Shown here: positions 19,722 to 29,972 of the stretch, one piece after another
Layout of the letters: each line of letters starts with the position of its first letter
Position numbering within the stretch: the stretch's first letter is position 1
Assembly: GCA_965207375.1 (NCBI GenBank)
Contig: OZ242274.1
Coordinates: 2,092,696-2,156,695, forward strand
DNA length: 64,000 bases
Source of the DNA: Nitrosopumilaceae archaeon
GTDB lineage: Archaea > Thermoproteota > Nitrososphaeria > Nitrososphaerales > Nitrosopumilaceae
Reading direction: 5' to 3'
Made by a program: the position numbers and the translations under genes
The notes under the pieces: generated by a model
The model's database searches: none
What the model was told of the DNA's origin: nothing
The model's input: the letters and a program-made list of their open reading frames with translations, nothing else

Positions 19722-20018
19722 ATGGTTACAGCCGAAGAAGCTAAAAAAATGCGAAGTGGAGTCAACATAGAAGGCAAAATACAACGCAAGGGTGAAACGC
19801 GTACTGTAAACAAGAAAGCAGGTGGCACCGTTGATGTTTGTGATGCATATCTAGTTGATGACGCAGGTGGGGAAATTAAACTCACACTATGGGCCGAAGA
19901 TATTCAGGCAGTAAATGAGGGCGATAGAATCAAAATTACTGACGGATATACCAATGAATTTAGAGGCGAGGTATCGCTTACAAAGGGAAAATTCGGCAAG
20001 ATGGAAAAGATCAGCTAG
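19722..20018 (+). CDS. ssb: Single OB-fold ssDNA-binding protein
   Basis: DDAGGEIKLTLW, IKITDGYTNEFRGEVSLTKGKFG. Confidence 0.88.
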   Translation: MVTAEEAKKMRSGVNIEGKIQRKGETRTVNKKAGGTVDVCDAYLVDDAGGEIKLTLWAEDIQAVNEGDRIKITDGYTNEFRGEVSLTKGKFGKMEKIS

Positions 20019-20620
20019 TAATATCTAGATTGATTTCTTTCTTTTTTCCAATCCATTATTAAAACAACTGCTCCTACAATTAGCACAATTAATCCCACAA
20101 TCAAAATTATTCCAGAAATGGCCAATGGTAGCAACATACTGACTAATGGAGAATCAGGATTGTTCAGGTTTTCAGAATTATCTGGATCCTCTGTGAACAT
20201 CATTACAACTGCGATTGGTCTGTTGCCGAGATTTTCTACCTCAAAATTGTAGACGTCAGCCTTTTCAATTACAAACATGTCAAAAACGATGGGCTCATCA
20301 TTTTGTATACTTGCAAAGTCATCACCGTAAATATTAGAAATGTTGATTCTTGTATTATCACCGTCCTGAAAATCAACTATTTGTAATCCCCATACAAGTG
20401 GAATGTCTTGATTACCAACAGAGTATGTAAAATATGCAGAGCCTCCAGGATATATCATAGATTCGTCACTGACATAGTCAAACATGCTCTCAAGTAAATC
20501 TGGAACAAAAAATTCACTAGTTAAAGAATCAGAATCAGGAAAGACAACTAAAACAATACCAAAAGAAATGAAAATTAAGGCTGTACCAAATCCAAGTATA
20601 GTTAGTCCACGTTTTTTCAT
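20015..20620 (-). CDS. Membrane protein (N- and C-terminal TM helices)
   Basis: Hydrophobic termini around an acidic beta-rich domain. Confidence 0.7.
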   Translation of the reverse strand: MKKRGLTILGFGTALIFISFGIVLVVFPDSDSLTSEFFVPDLLESMFDYVSDESMIYPGGSAYFTYSVGNQDIPLVWGLQIVDFQDGDNTRINISNIYGDDFASIQNDEPIVFDMFVIEKADVYNFEVENLGNRPIAVVMMFTEDPDNSENLNNPDSPLVSMLLPLAISGIILIVGLIVLIVGAVVLIMDWKKERNQSRYY

Positions 20621-20635
20621 TAATTATATCTAAAA

Positions 20636-21493
20636 CTATCTCTTAGATTTCGTAGTTTTTTTGGCGTGTTTTGCAACTCTTTTGGCAGGTTTTTTGGTAA
20701 CTCTTTTGGCAGGTTTTTTGGTAACTCTTTTGGCAGGTTTTTTGGTAACTCTTTTGGCAGGTTTTTTGGTAACTCTTTTGGCAGGTTTTGTTGCTTTTTT
20801 GACCGGTTTTTTAACAGATGTCTTTTTTGATTTTGAGCGCTTTGTATTTTGACGTTTTTTAGATGATATCTCTTTTAGTTTGTCCTCAGCCTTTTTGAGT
20901 GTCTTTTTAGCAGATGCCTCTTGTTTTATGGATTTTTCTAATTTTTCAGATAGAGCCACAACGTCTTTTTGGCTATCTTTTAGTAATTTTTTTAATTCGG
21001 GTTTAGTCTGATTTGTCTTTTTTATTTTGGCAAAAAGCTTGTCTTTTGATAAAGAATATGTGTTAATTTCACCCTCTAATTTTTTTCCTACCTTTTGTCT
21101 ATTTTTGATGCCAAGTTCAATGTCAGAAATACGCCCCAAAATTCCAGATAGTCTGATTTGAAAAGACTTTTTGTCATCGTCATTTTCTGCAAACTCTACA
21201 TCTTGTTCTGCCTGCTCTTTTGCCTCTTTTTCTAGGACCAATTGCTGGGTTGCTGTCTGAATCAGTCTCAATATACTGTCTTTTTGAGCCAATTTTTGGT
21301 TTAAAACAAGTGAAACATCGGAAAGCTCCTCGTTTGCAGCAGTCGTTTTACGATCAATTGATGCAAGACCAGATTTGGAATGCCTAAAGGTCGACTTTGC
21401 ATTTTCTAGTTCTTTTTCATGTATTCTACGAATTTTTGATATCTGTTGCTTTTTTGTCCGAAGTTTGACTACAACGTCCTGATATGAGGCCAA
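20636..21493 (-). CDS. Coiled-coil protein with histone H1-like Lys-rich tail
   Basis: Long heptad-rich region and (KPAKRVTK)n tail; start estimated at TTG 21493 (ORF track extends to 21622). Confidence 0.75.
   Translation of the reverse strand: MASYQDVVVKLRTKKQQISKIRRIHEKELENAKSTFRHSKSGLASIDRKTTAANEELSDVSLVLNQKLAQKDSILRLIQTATQQLVLEKEAKEQAEQDVEFAENDDDKKSFQIRLSGILGRISDIELGIKNRQKVGKKLEGEINTYSLSKDKLFAKIKKTNQTKPELKKLLKDSQKDVVALSEKLEKSIKQEASAKKTLKKAEDKLKEISSKKRQNTKRSKSKKTSVKKPVKKATKPAKRVTKKPAKRVTKKPAKRVTKKPAKRVTKKPAKRVAKHAKKTTKSKR
20675..20789. repeat. 24-bp coding tandem repeat, about 4.8 copies
   Basis: Unit aactcttttggcaggttttttggt, identical copies. Confidence 0.95.
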
Positions 21494-21620
21494 CAAAGAA
21501 TATAGTACATAGGTCTCGGTTAAATTATGAGTATAACCAGTAATTGACTTTTCGGTTGAAAATTTTAACATAAATTTGAACTTTTTAAGAAATATTAATT
21601 GTAAAATATCCAAATGAACC

Positions 21621-21932
21621 ATGGAGTTTCATCCCTCAAAATTGCCGGTTTTTAAGACATTTGAGGTAACTGACGAAAAAGAAGCTTCTGATACCGCACA
21701 AGAAATTGTCAAAATAGGATTCAAAGACAGGAGAGAGGCAATCAAGATCCTAATGCCAAAAGAGGCAAAGTTGGCAAAGAGAATAGGATACACAATTACT
21801 ACCTCCATCAACTACGGATTGCGTCAAACCAACCAGCACAGAAGTATCAGATACTGGACGTATCATCATGACAAGTCACATTATGCAATTGTGTTTATCA
21901 ATTCAGATGTTGTGGGCAATCTAGACTTTTGA
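21621..21932 (+). CDS. Conserved hypothetical protein
   Basis: ATG-start 103-aa ORF with IRYWTYHHD motif. Confidence 0.7.
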   Translation: MEFHPSKLPVFKTFEVTDEKEASDTAQEIVKIGFKDRREAIKILMPKEAKLAKRIGYTITTSINYGLRQTNQHRSIRYWTYHHDKSHYAIVFINSDVVGNLDF

Positions 21933-22589
21933 GGGCTCAAAAATTGTGTACAGTTTTGTCTTTTTGGCCAAGGCGCCTGCAAGTAATGCACCAATTGCAA
22001 TGCCGCCAATTACATCCATAGGATAGTGTTGTACTAGATAGACTCGGCTAAATGCAACCAATGCAGGATACATTAAAATCAAATAGCACCAATTTGGGAA
22101 ACGCTGAGATAATGCATAACCTAAAACTATGGCAAAGACCATAGTGCGTGCAGCATGGCCTGACGGATACGATGCAAAAAAGCTGCCTTCACAAAACAGT
22201 GCAAAGGTATCACGGCTGATAGGTATTGGGAAATCAGGTCCCTCATAGTCAACATCGGGTCTGTCCCTGTCCACACCACACTTTACATATCCGGTAAGCA
22301 GCGTGGTAACAACTAGCAGTATCATCAACGAAATGCCAATTTTTCTAGTCCTTTTAAGTAAGAGTACTATAACTGCAAAGACTAGCAAATTAAATACATC
22401 GCCGGTTTCAGTTACATACTGCATCAGTACATCAAATGGCGAGTTGCCTGCAACAGAATAAAAATAATCAGATACTGCCTCATCAAAGGATGTAGTGGTC
22501 TCAGAGTATACCAGTAAAGTTACTGCAACAAAAACAACTAAAAGAATCATAAAGGGTCTTGAACGCAAATCAAAAATCCATTGTTGCAA
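21921..22589 (-). CDS. PAP2-family membrane phosphatase
   Basis: K-x6-RP, SYPSGH, SRVYLVQHYPMDV. Confidence 0.92.
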   Translation of the reverse strand: MQQWIFDLRSRPFMILLVVFVAVTLLVYSETTTSFDEAVSDYFYSVAGNSPFDVLMQYVTETGDVFNLLVFAVIVLLLKRTRKIGISLMILLVVTTLLTGYVKCGVDRDRPDVDYEGPDFPIPISRDTFALFCEGSFFASYPSGHAARTMVFAIVLGYALSQRFPNWCYLILMYPALVAFSRVYLVQHYPMDVIGGIAIGALLAGALAKKTKLYTIFEPSKV

Positions 22590-22688
22590 TTAATTCATCC
22601 CCTACAAATGATAACATGTCAAGTATATGGATTTAGCTGACAAACATTGTAGGCATAATGAAATTTAGATCGGCTTAAAGATTTTAAG

Positions 22689-23921
22689 ATGGTAAAAAAT
22701 AACAACAGTGTGAAGGTACTCACACTAGATGATTTTGATCTAAGGGGCAAGACGGTGTTTCTAAGAGTAGACATGAATTGCCCCATAGAACCCAAAACGA
22801 TGGAGATCTCAGGTTCTAAAAGAATAGAGGAGGCAATACAGACCATAAGGGATTTGGAGGGTGCAAAGGTCGTTGTTGCATCACATCAAGGCAGGGTTGG
22901 AAATTCAGATTATACAGGAATGGACAAGCATGCAAAGGTAATGAGCTCCATGCTAAACAAAGATATCAAATATGTAGAAGACGTCATAGGCCAAGCAGCA
23001 CAAAATGAAATAAGAAACCTAAAGGATGGAGAAATTCTTCTTTTGGATAATTTGAGATTATGTGCAGAAGAAAATTACGAATTTGCACCCAAAGATGCAG
23101 CAGAGACCATAATGGTCAAAAGACTAGCAAAACTATTTGATTTGTGCGTGTTAGATTCATTTCCAAGTGCACACAGATCACATCCGTCCATTGTGGGATT
23201 CTCACACATACTTCCATCATGTGCAGGCAGGATAGTTGAGCGCGAAGTCAGAAACTTGGACGAGATAATGACGGTGGCCAAAGCTCCCCATGTCATAGTA
23301 TTGGGTGGTTCAAAGGTTCTAGACAGACTAGAGGCAATCAAGCTTTTGATCAAAAACGGAAGGGCAGATCACATGCTGCTAACAGGACTGATTGGCAATG
23401 TGTTTATGAGAGCACAGGGAAGAATCAGATCATCTCTTGGAATAAAAAGAGAAGAAGAGGTCGTTGCAAAGGCCCATGCCTTAATTGGAGAATATCCGGA
23501 TGTGTTTTCCACACCAGTCGATGTGGCAATATACAAAGACGGTGAAAGAGTAGAATTAGACGTAAGGGATCTAAATCCAGGAGAGTTGATTTATGATCTA
23601 GGTCCAAAGACGATTGGGCACTATAACAAAATAATTTCTGGTGCAGGAACAGTATTTATCAGCGGACCTGCAGGATTTTTTGAAAAAAAGAATTTCAGTT
23701 ACGGGACAAAATCACTCCTAGAGGGAGTAGCAAATTCAATGGCAACAACAATTGTAAGCGGCGGTCACCTTACCTTTGCATTAAAAAAATATGGCCTAGC
23801 GGATAAAATCAACCACATCAGTACGGCAGGCGGTGCACTAGTACTATACCTTACAGGTGAAAAGTTGCCAATGATGAAATCCTTAGAGGCTGCAGCAGTT
23901 ACACAAAAATCTAAATCTTAG
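22689..23921 (+). CDS. pgk: Phosphoglycerate kinase
   Basis: FLRVDMN, SHQGR, LGGSK, DLGPKT, HISTAGGA. Confidence 0.96.
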   Translation: MVKNNNSVKVLTLDDFDLRGKTVFLRVDMNCPIEPKTMEISGSKRIEEAIQTIRDLEGAKVVVASHQGRVGNSDYTGMDKHAKVMSSMLNKDIKYVEDVIGQAAQNEIRNLKDGEILLLDNLRLCAEENYEFAPKDAAETIMVKRLAKLFDLCVLDSFPSAHRSHPSIVGFSHILPSCAGRIVEREVRNLDEIMTVAKAPHVIVLGGSKVLDRLEAIKLLIKNGRADHMLLTGLIGNVFMRAQGRIRSSLGIKREEEVVAKAHALIGEYPDVFSTPVDVAIYKDGERVELDVRDLNPGELIYDLGPKTIGHYNKIISGAGTVFISGPAGFFEKKNFSYGTKSLLEGVANSMATTIVSGGHLTFALKKYGLADKINHISTAGGALVLYLTGEKLPMMKSLEAAAVTQKSKS

Positions 23922-24252
23922 ACTTGCAGCCGGGACAGACTCTTTGTTCAGACGGACTCAAAAAGACATCGTTGTGACAGGAATTGCAGCGATTAGCTTT
24001 TACCTTTTCAAATAATTTAAGCCACATAGTGGTAAAGTTTTGTGCAATATTTCTTGCAGCTCCTGAATCACACAACTCGCGTATGTCTTTTTCTAGATCG
24101 TCGATAATCCAATCAGGATCAATGTCGCCGTTTTTTTTCAAGATTTCAAAAATTTCATCATTGGTAAATTTTACATCATCATCATTATAATTATCAAAGA
24201 TAATTTTTCTAATTTGAAGAGATACTGGAACCTTTGGAGTAAAATCAGACAT
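23911..24252 (-). CDS. Conserved hypothetical protein with C-terminal Zn ribbon
   Basis: CNSC...CPGC; start taken at MSDFTP. Confidence 0.7.
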   Translation of the reverse strand: MSDFTPKVPVSLQIRKIIFDNYNDDDVKFTNDEIFEILKKNGDIDPDWIIDDLEKDIRELCDSGAARNIAQNFTTMWLKLFEKVKANRCNSCHNDVFLSPSEQRVCPGCKSKI

Positions 24253-24253
24253 G

Positions 24254-24691
24254 TCAGTACAGGTTTGCTGCATCCTCTTTTAGCTTTTCTGCATCGGTGT
24301 CTTTGACATGTTTGGCAAGATACGAATAAAGTGCAAATTTTAGAACCTTAAGAGAGAGCAGAGCACACTTTATGCGAACGGCTTGAAGATTTTCTAGTCC
24401 GAGCTCTCCTAAAATATCGTTTTTGGTAATCTGCTTTACCTCCTCGAGGCTTTTTCCCTTTGTAATTTCAGTCAGTACAGAGGAGCAGGCCATGCAAATC
24501 GCACATCCCTTGCCATGAAACTTTATGTCTTTTACCTTTTGTTGATCAATTTTTAGATCAATGTCTATGCTGTCACCGCATAACGGATTAGAGTCATGAT
24601 ATGTTACATCAGGATTTTCTATCTGTCCGTAATTTACAGGATTACGCGAATAGTCAATAATCATCTCATGGTAAATGTCGGCACTGCTCAT
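24254..24691 (-). CDS. sufU: Fe-S scaffold SufU/IscU family
   Basis: NPLCGD, GCAICMA, RIKCALL; follows sufS. Confidence 0.9.
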   Translation of the reverse strand: MSSADIYHEMIIDYSRNPVNYGQIENPDVTYHDSNPLCGDSIDIDLKIDQQKVKDIKFHGKGCAICMACSSVLTEITKGKSLEEVKQITKNDILGELGLENLQAVRIKCALLSLKVLKFALYSYLAKHVKDTDAEKLKEDAANLY

Positions 24692-25929
24692 AACTTAAAC
24701 AACCTTGCTACCTTATTTAATGAATTCACCAAAGCATCGACATCTTTGGTTGTATTATAGATGTAAAAGCTTGCGCGCGATGTTGCTGCAACATCTAGTT
24801 TTTCCATCAGTACCTGTGCACAATGGTGGCCGGATCTGATAGCAATGCCATCCTCATCAATAATTTGTGCCACATCATGCGGGTGTACATCAGAAAAATT
24901 AAAAGAAATCACCCCACCGCGTTTGTGGATATCTTTTGTGCCATAAATTGTCAGTCCCTTGATCTGAGACAGTTTGTCAATTGCATATTGTGTCAGTTCA
25001 ACCTCGTGTCGGCGCACATTATCCATGCCAATTTTTGTCAAATAGTCAATTGCTGCCCCAAATCCTATAACGTCGGCAATATTTGGCGTTCCTGCCTCAA
25101 ATTTGTATGGCAAATCATTCCAAGTTGTTTCATACTTGTGCACCTCCCGTATCATATCACCGCCACCGTGAAAAGGACTCATTGTGTCAAGAATCTGCCT
25201 TCTTACCCAGAGTACACCGATACCTGTAGGCCCCAACATTTTATGGGCAGAAAAGGCAAAAAAATCACATTCCAAGGTAGAAAGGTCAACGCTCATGTGC
25301 GGTACTGCTTGGGCACCATCAATTAGCGTCAAAACACCGGCAGCCTTGCATTTTGAGATTATTTGTTTGACATTTGTAATGGTTCCCAAAACGTTTGACA
25401 TCAAACTAAATGTGACAAGTTTAACCTTGCCAGTCTCTAGATATTTGTCTAATTGGTCTAGCTTTAGCTCTCCGTTTTGATCAATTTCAATATACTCGAG
25501 TTTGGCGCCTTTTTCTTGAACTAACAGCTGCCATGGAACTATATTGCTATGGTGTTCGTATTCGGTAGTTACAATAATGTCTCCCTCTGCAACATGGGTT
25601 CGTCCCCACGCATATGCAATCAGATTGATTGCCTCAGTTGTACCCCTGACAAAAATAATCTCCTGTCTACTTGCAATGTTGAGAAACTTGGCAATTTTAT
25701 CCCGAGTTTTCTCATAAGCCTCAGTTGCCTCTTCTGCAAGCGCATATACTGCCCTGTGAATATTTGCATTATAATTTTGATAATAGTCTGTAATTGAATC
25801 AATTACCTGATTGGGTTTTTGTGTAGTTGATGCATTGTCAAGATATACCAATTGCTTGTTATCACGTACGGTTCTAGACAGGATGGGAAAATCCTTTATG
25901 ACCTGTGATGATAATTCTGCGCTTTGCAT
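24688..25929 (-). CDS. sufS: Cysteine desulfurase SufS
   Basis: YLDNASTTQKP, EHHSN, SAHKMLGPTG, RSGHHCAQ. Confidence 0.96.
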   Translation of the reverse strand: MQSAELSSQVIKDFPILSRTVRDNKQLVYLDNASTTQKPNQVIDSITDYYQNYNANIHRAVYALAEEATEAYEKTRDKIAKFLNIASRQEIIFVRGTTEAINLIAYAWGRTHVAEGDIIVTTEYEHHSNIVPWQLLVQEKGAKLEYIEIDQNGELKLDQLDKYLETGKVKLVTFSLMSNVLGTITNVKQIISKCKAAGVLTLIDGAQAVPHMSVDLSTLECDFFAFSAHKMLGPTGIGVLWVRRQILDTMSPFHGGGDMIREVHKYETTWNDLPYKFEAGTPNIADVIGFGAAIDYLTKIGMDNVRRHEVELTQYAIDKLSQIKGLTIYGTKDIHKRGGVISFNFSDVHPHDVAQIIDEDGIAIRSGHHCAQVLMEKLDVAATSRASFYIYNTTKDVDALVNSLNKVARLFKL

Positions 25930-25932
25930 GTT

Positions 25933-26241
25933 CTAAACCTCTACATAAATCTCGTTTTGCTCTATTTTAACATTGTAAACGTGTAATGCAGATTCTGCAG
26001 GTGGATTCTGTGGCACTCCATTATCTAAATTAAAAACAGAAAGATGTAATGGGCAACGTACTCCCTCATCTGAAAGAAATCCAGTAGAAAGATCTGCTTC
26101 TGCATGAGTACAAATCAAATCAGTAGCGTATAGTTTGCCGTGCAAATTAGCAATAAGAATTCTTTTCTCACCATGAACAAAACTGAAAAGCTGTCCGTCC
26201 GCTATACAGTTTGTAGAGCATGCCTTTACCCATTTACCCAA
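25933..26241 (-). CDS. Rieske-type ferredoxin
   Basis: CTH...CPLH. Confidence 0.9.
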   Translation of the reverse strand: MGKWVKACSTNCIADGQLFSFVHGEKRILIANLHGKLYATDLICTHAEADLSTGFLSDEGVRCPLHLSVFNLDNGVPQNPPAESALHVYNVKIEQNEIYVEV

Positions 26242-26245
26242 TTTA

Positions 26246-27646
26246 TCACCTATACTTGTAATGTTGTTCTATTTCGGAATTTTCATTGTATCGAGTTTCC
26301 TCAACCTCGGTGAATTTTTTCAATTCCTCATCTACATTGATGGATAATTGTCGTTGCTCCCATTTTGATTCGATAAGATATGCAATCCAGGCCCTAATTT
26401 GGGTGGACATCTTCCTAGAAAGCGGCTCCAAGAATCCCTCAACAATGGTTCGCTCAGCTTCGGACTTGCTAAGACATCTAGTTCCCAGATAGAAAATTTG
26501 CTCCTCATCAATTTGTGCCACCGATGCAGAATGTGTAGCCTTTACATCATTGGTAAAAATTTCTAGTCCAGGAATCGCATCAGATTTTGCACCCTTGTCA
26601 AGAAGAATCGAACGACCAGAAAGATAAGAGTTTGATTTTGATGCATTTTCTTTGATTCTAATCATTCCTTTGAAAAGGGATTTTGACTTGTTTTTAAGAA
26701 TTGATTTTTGAATTACGCGTCCTTCGGTGAACTGATTCTCATGGTTTACATTGGTTTGCAGATCAAATGACTGCTCATTGTTGCCAAACACAACCTCAGA
26801 ATCATTGGTCACAGCTCCTGTTTCATTGAGATAATAATCAATTCTGTATCTGGAAAGCAGGGTTCCAAACAATCCCAGATACCAGTTTAGTTTGCCGTCT
26901 TTTCTAATGTCGGTTCGTCTTGTTGAAAAGTTAACTGAGCTTTGATCCATCATTTGCAGAGTAGTACCATCAACTTGCGCATTTGCTGCAACTAGTACGT
27001 TAAGCAGTTCTAAATATGCCTGCTGTTTTGCAGCCTTTGGCGAGTAAAGTTCCTGAACTATGGTGGATTTGCTGTCTTGTTCTGCCACAATCATGTTTCT
27101 AGATATGGTAGATGCACCATCAACTGACAGGCAGGAAAGGAGATGAATTGGAGATTCGATTTGCACATTTTTAGGAATGTAAACAAAGATTCCAGAGTTA
27201 AATGCGGCATTGTTTAATGCGGTAAATTTGTCTTCCTTTGAGTCAGTAGATTCTAATGCCATTTTGACTAGTTCTGCATTGTTTTGTAATGCATCATCTA
27301 GTGAGGAAACAATTACTCCACTAGATGTCAAATCATCGTTAATGTGAATTCTGTGTATGCCGGTTCCGATTTGTATGATGTGATTCTCTGTTTCAAGCTC
27401 TGTCAATCTTTTGTTTAAAAATTCTGGAATCGAGTGGTCAGACTCTACAGAAACGCAAACCTGTTCAGGATCCATTCGTTTGGCATCAGTATACTTGTTG
27501 TATAACGGAGATGTCTCAATAGGAAGATTCTCGTAAATTGACAGCGAGTTTTTCCTGTACTGTGTAAGCCAAGAAGGCTCGCTTTTTTTAAAAGATAGTC
27601 TATCTATGTGATTTGAGTCAATTGTTGACAGTGCAACTTGAGACAT
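26246..27646 (-). CDS. sufD: Fe-S cluster assembly protein SufD
   Basis: DKFTALN, IPGLEIFTNDVKATHSA, IVEGF. Confidence 0.9.
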   Translation of the reverse strand: MSQVALSTIDSNHIDRLSFKKSEPSWLTQYRKNSLSIYENLPIETSPLYNKYTDAKRMDPEQVCVSVESDHSIPEFLNKRLTELETENHIIQIGTGIHRIHINDDLTSSGVIVSSLDDALQNNAELVKMALESTDSKEDKFTALNNAAFNSGIFVYIPKNVQIESPIHLLSCLSVDGASTISRNMIVAEQDSKSTIVQELYSPKAAKQQAYLELLNVLVAANAQVDGTTLQMMDQSSVNFSTRRTDIRKDGKLNWYLGLFGTLLSRYRIDYYLNETGAVTNDSEVVFGNNEQSFDLQTNVNHENQFTEGRVIQKSILKNKSKSLFKGMIRIKENASKSNSYLSGRSILLDKGAKSDAIPGLEIFTNDVKATHSASVAQIDEEQIFYLGTRCLSKSEAERTIVEGFLEPLSRKMSTQIRAWIAYLIESKWEQRQLSINVDEELKKFTEVEETRYNENSEIEQHYKYR

Positions 27647-27658
27647 TGTACATCAGAA

Positions 27659-29059
27659 CTAGCCGACAGAGCCGTCCATTTCTAGCTTGATTAGTCTGTT
27701 TAATTCCACAGCATATTCCATTGGCAATTCCTTTACAAATGGCTCCATGAAACCGTTGACAATAAGGGTAAGTGATTCTTCTTCTGAAAATCCCCTAGTC
27801 ATCAGATAAAAGATTTGTTCGTCTCCAATCTTGCCTACAGTTGCCTCGTGTGTGATTGTTGCATCCTCCTGATTGATTTCCATGTATGGATAGGTATCAG
27901 TCTTTGAGGTATCATCTAACAGTAATGCATCACATCTTACTGTACTTTTTACGTTGGTGGCACCCTTTGCGACATTGAGCAAGCCCCTATATGTTGACCT
28001 GCCGTTTAATCTACTGACTGACTTTGAGGTAATTTTTGAGGTTGTGTTTGGTGCCAAGTGTATCATTTTTGCTCCAGTGTCTTGATGTTGGTTTTTGCCT
28101 GCAAATGCAATGGATAGTGTTTCACCATATGCACGCTCTCCCATCAAATAGATTCCAGGATATTTCATTGTCAGTTTGCTGCCAATGTTTCCGTCAATCC
28201 ATTCAACATGTGCACCCTCATAGGCATAGGCACGCTTTGTAACAAGATTATACACGTCACTGCTCCAGTTCTGAATGGTTGTGTATCTTAGGTGAGCATC
28301 CTTGTGTGCCACAAGCTCCACAACTGCAGAATGTAGCGATTCTGAGGAATATACGGGGGCAGTACAGCCTTCGATATAATGTACCTCTGAGCCTTCGTCA
28401 GCTACAATCAGCGTTCTCTCAAATTGGCCAATGTTTTCTGCATTAATTCTAAAGTATGCCTGTAACGGCATGTCCACCTTTATTCCGGGTGGAATGTAGA
28501 TAAACGAGCCGCCGCTCCAAACTGCACTGTTTAGGGCAGCAAATTTGTTATCCTCTGGAGGAATGATTTTGCCAAAGTATTTTTTAAAGATTTCAGGATA
28601 TTCCTTCAAGGCAGAGTCGGTGTCTAAAAATAAAACTCCCTGTTTTTGTAAATCTTCTCTGAGATTATGATATACTACCTCGGATTCATACTGTGCTCCC
28701 ACACCTGCAAGGAATTTTTTTTCTGCCTCTGGAATTCCTAGTTTGTCAAAGGTGTTTTTGACATCTGCTGGAACATCATCCCAGTTTTTTTCGGTTTTAT
28801 CAGATGCCTTTGCATAATAGTAAATATTTTGGAAATCAATTGCATCAAGGTCTCCGCCCCATTTTGGCATTGGAAACTTCATAAATTGTTCATAGGAACG
28901 AAGTCTGAAATCAAGCATCCATTCTGGTTCGTCCTTCATTTTGCTGATGCCAATAACTGTATCTTTTGATAGACCTTTCTTACTAAGATGTACGTACATC
29001 TCAGTTGAATCCTTAAAATCATATTTTGAATAGTCTATGTCTAAATTTTCTGTTGTCAT
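27659..29059 (-). CDS. sufB: Fe-S cluster assembly protein SufB
   Basis: [37 protein letters not shown]. Confidence 0.96.
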   Translation of the reverse strand: MTTENLDIDYSKYDFKDSTEMYVHLSKKGLSKDTVIGISKMKDEPEWMLDFRLRSYEQFMKFPMPKWGGDLDAIDFQNIYYYAKASDKTEKNWDDVPADVKNTFDKLGIPEAEKKFLAGVGAQYESEVVYHNLREDLQKQGVLFLDTDSALKEYPEIFKKYFGKIIPPEDNKFAALNSAVWSGGSFIYIPPGIKVDMPLQAYFRINAENIGQFERTLIVADEGSEVHYIEGCTAPVYSSESLHSAVVELVAHKDAHLRYTTIQNWSSDVYNLVTKRAYAYEGAHVEWIDGNIGSKLTMKYPGIYLMGERAYGETLSIAFAGKNQHQDTGAKMIHLAPNTTSKITSKSVSRLNGRSTYRGLLNVAKGATNVKSTVRCDALLLDDTSKTDTYPYMEINQEDATITHEATVGKIGDEQIFYLMTRGFSEEESLTLIVNGFMEPFVKELPMEYAVELNRLIKLEMDGSVG

Positions 29060-29234
29060 AAAGATACAACGATATTATATTATAAATAGATGGGGGAAAA
29101 TAGGCAGAGCTAATTAATTCAGGTCTCAACAGGTAACAATATGAGGACATGGTACTTTTCACCTTGGTGCAAATTTTTCAAAGATAACTGATTGTTAATG
29201 TACATTATAATAAAATGACAGAGGGCATAAAATT

Positions 29235-29726
29235 ATGACATTGTCAGAGTATAACACTAACACGATGATTTTGATGGTAGGTATTGCAGGTGCAGGAAAA
29301 ACAACTTTTGCAAAAAAGACATATCCCGCATTTGACAGAATATCACTAGATGATCTTGCACAAAATTATTCAAAAAAGGTAAAACTGTACAAAAGATATA
29401 CACCAGACGGTCTTGCAACACCTTCAAGCAAGTCACGTACTGCACAACACGTCCTAGTATCAGAGTCTTTGAAGGTAGGACGAGGCATAGTCATAGACGA
29501 TACAAACCTTACTAGACACATACGATCCCACCACATAGCACACGGTAAACGATACAACTACATGATAGACTGTGTGGTCTTTTACAATCGCCGCAGGGCA
29601 TTACGTCAGAATCAGAACAGGACAACAGAAATTGTTCCCGAACATGTTCTTAGAAATCAATGGAGAATGCTAGAAAAGCCTCGTATGGATGAGGGCTTTG
29701 CATCTATACGATATATTTTCAGCTAA
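29235..29726 (+). CDS. P-loop kinase (AAA_33 / polynucleotide-kinase-like)
   Basis: GIAGAGKTT, ISLDDL, IVIDDTN, VPEHV...EKP..DEGF. Confidence 0.8.
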   Translation: MTLSEYNTNTMILMVGIAGAGKTTFAKKTYPAFDRISLDDLAQNYSKKVKLYKRYTPDGLATPSSKSRTAQHVLVSESLKVGRGIVIDDTNLTRHIRSHHIAHGKRYNYMIDCVVFYNRRRALRQNQNRTTEIVPEHVLRNQWRMLEKPRMDEGFASIRYIFS

Positions 29727-29972
29727 ACTTATACGATAACACGTAAATTCATTGTAAATTTTTACCTTGTGTTCTTTTTTGATATGGCGTTGATTTGATT
29801 GTGTTTTATGTGGTAAAAAATTTGTTGGTTCATGAGATTAATTGTGGCACGTTCTCACAGTCGATGAAACAATTTGAGTTTATCATGATTCTGTATAATC
29901 ATGTTTGTTTGAGGAAAATGTTCCACTATCACGACGTATGTCTAGTACTTTGGCCTGCCATAATTGAGCCAG

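Noticed and set aside
20675-20789. CRISPR-like regular repeat
   Set aside because: No spacers; it is an in-frame coding tandem repeat, and no cas genes or array were seen in the window
8300-29059. Separation of sufC from sufBD as a novel rearrangement
   Set aside because: I recall this split in related Nitrosopumilaceae; there is no breakpoint evidence here
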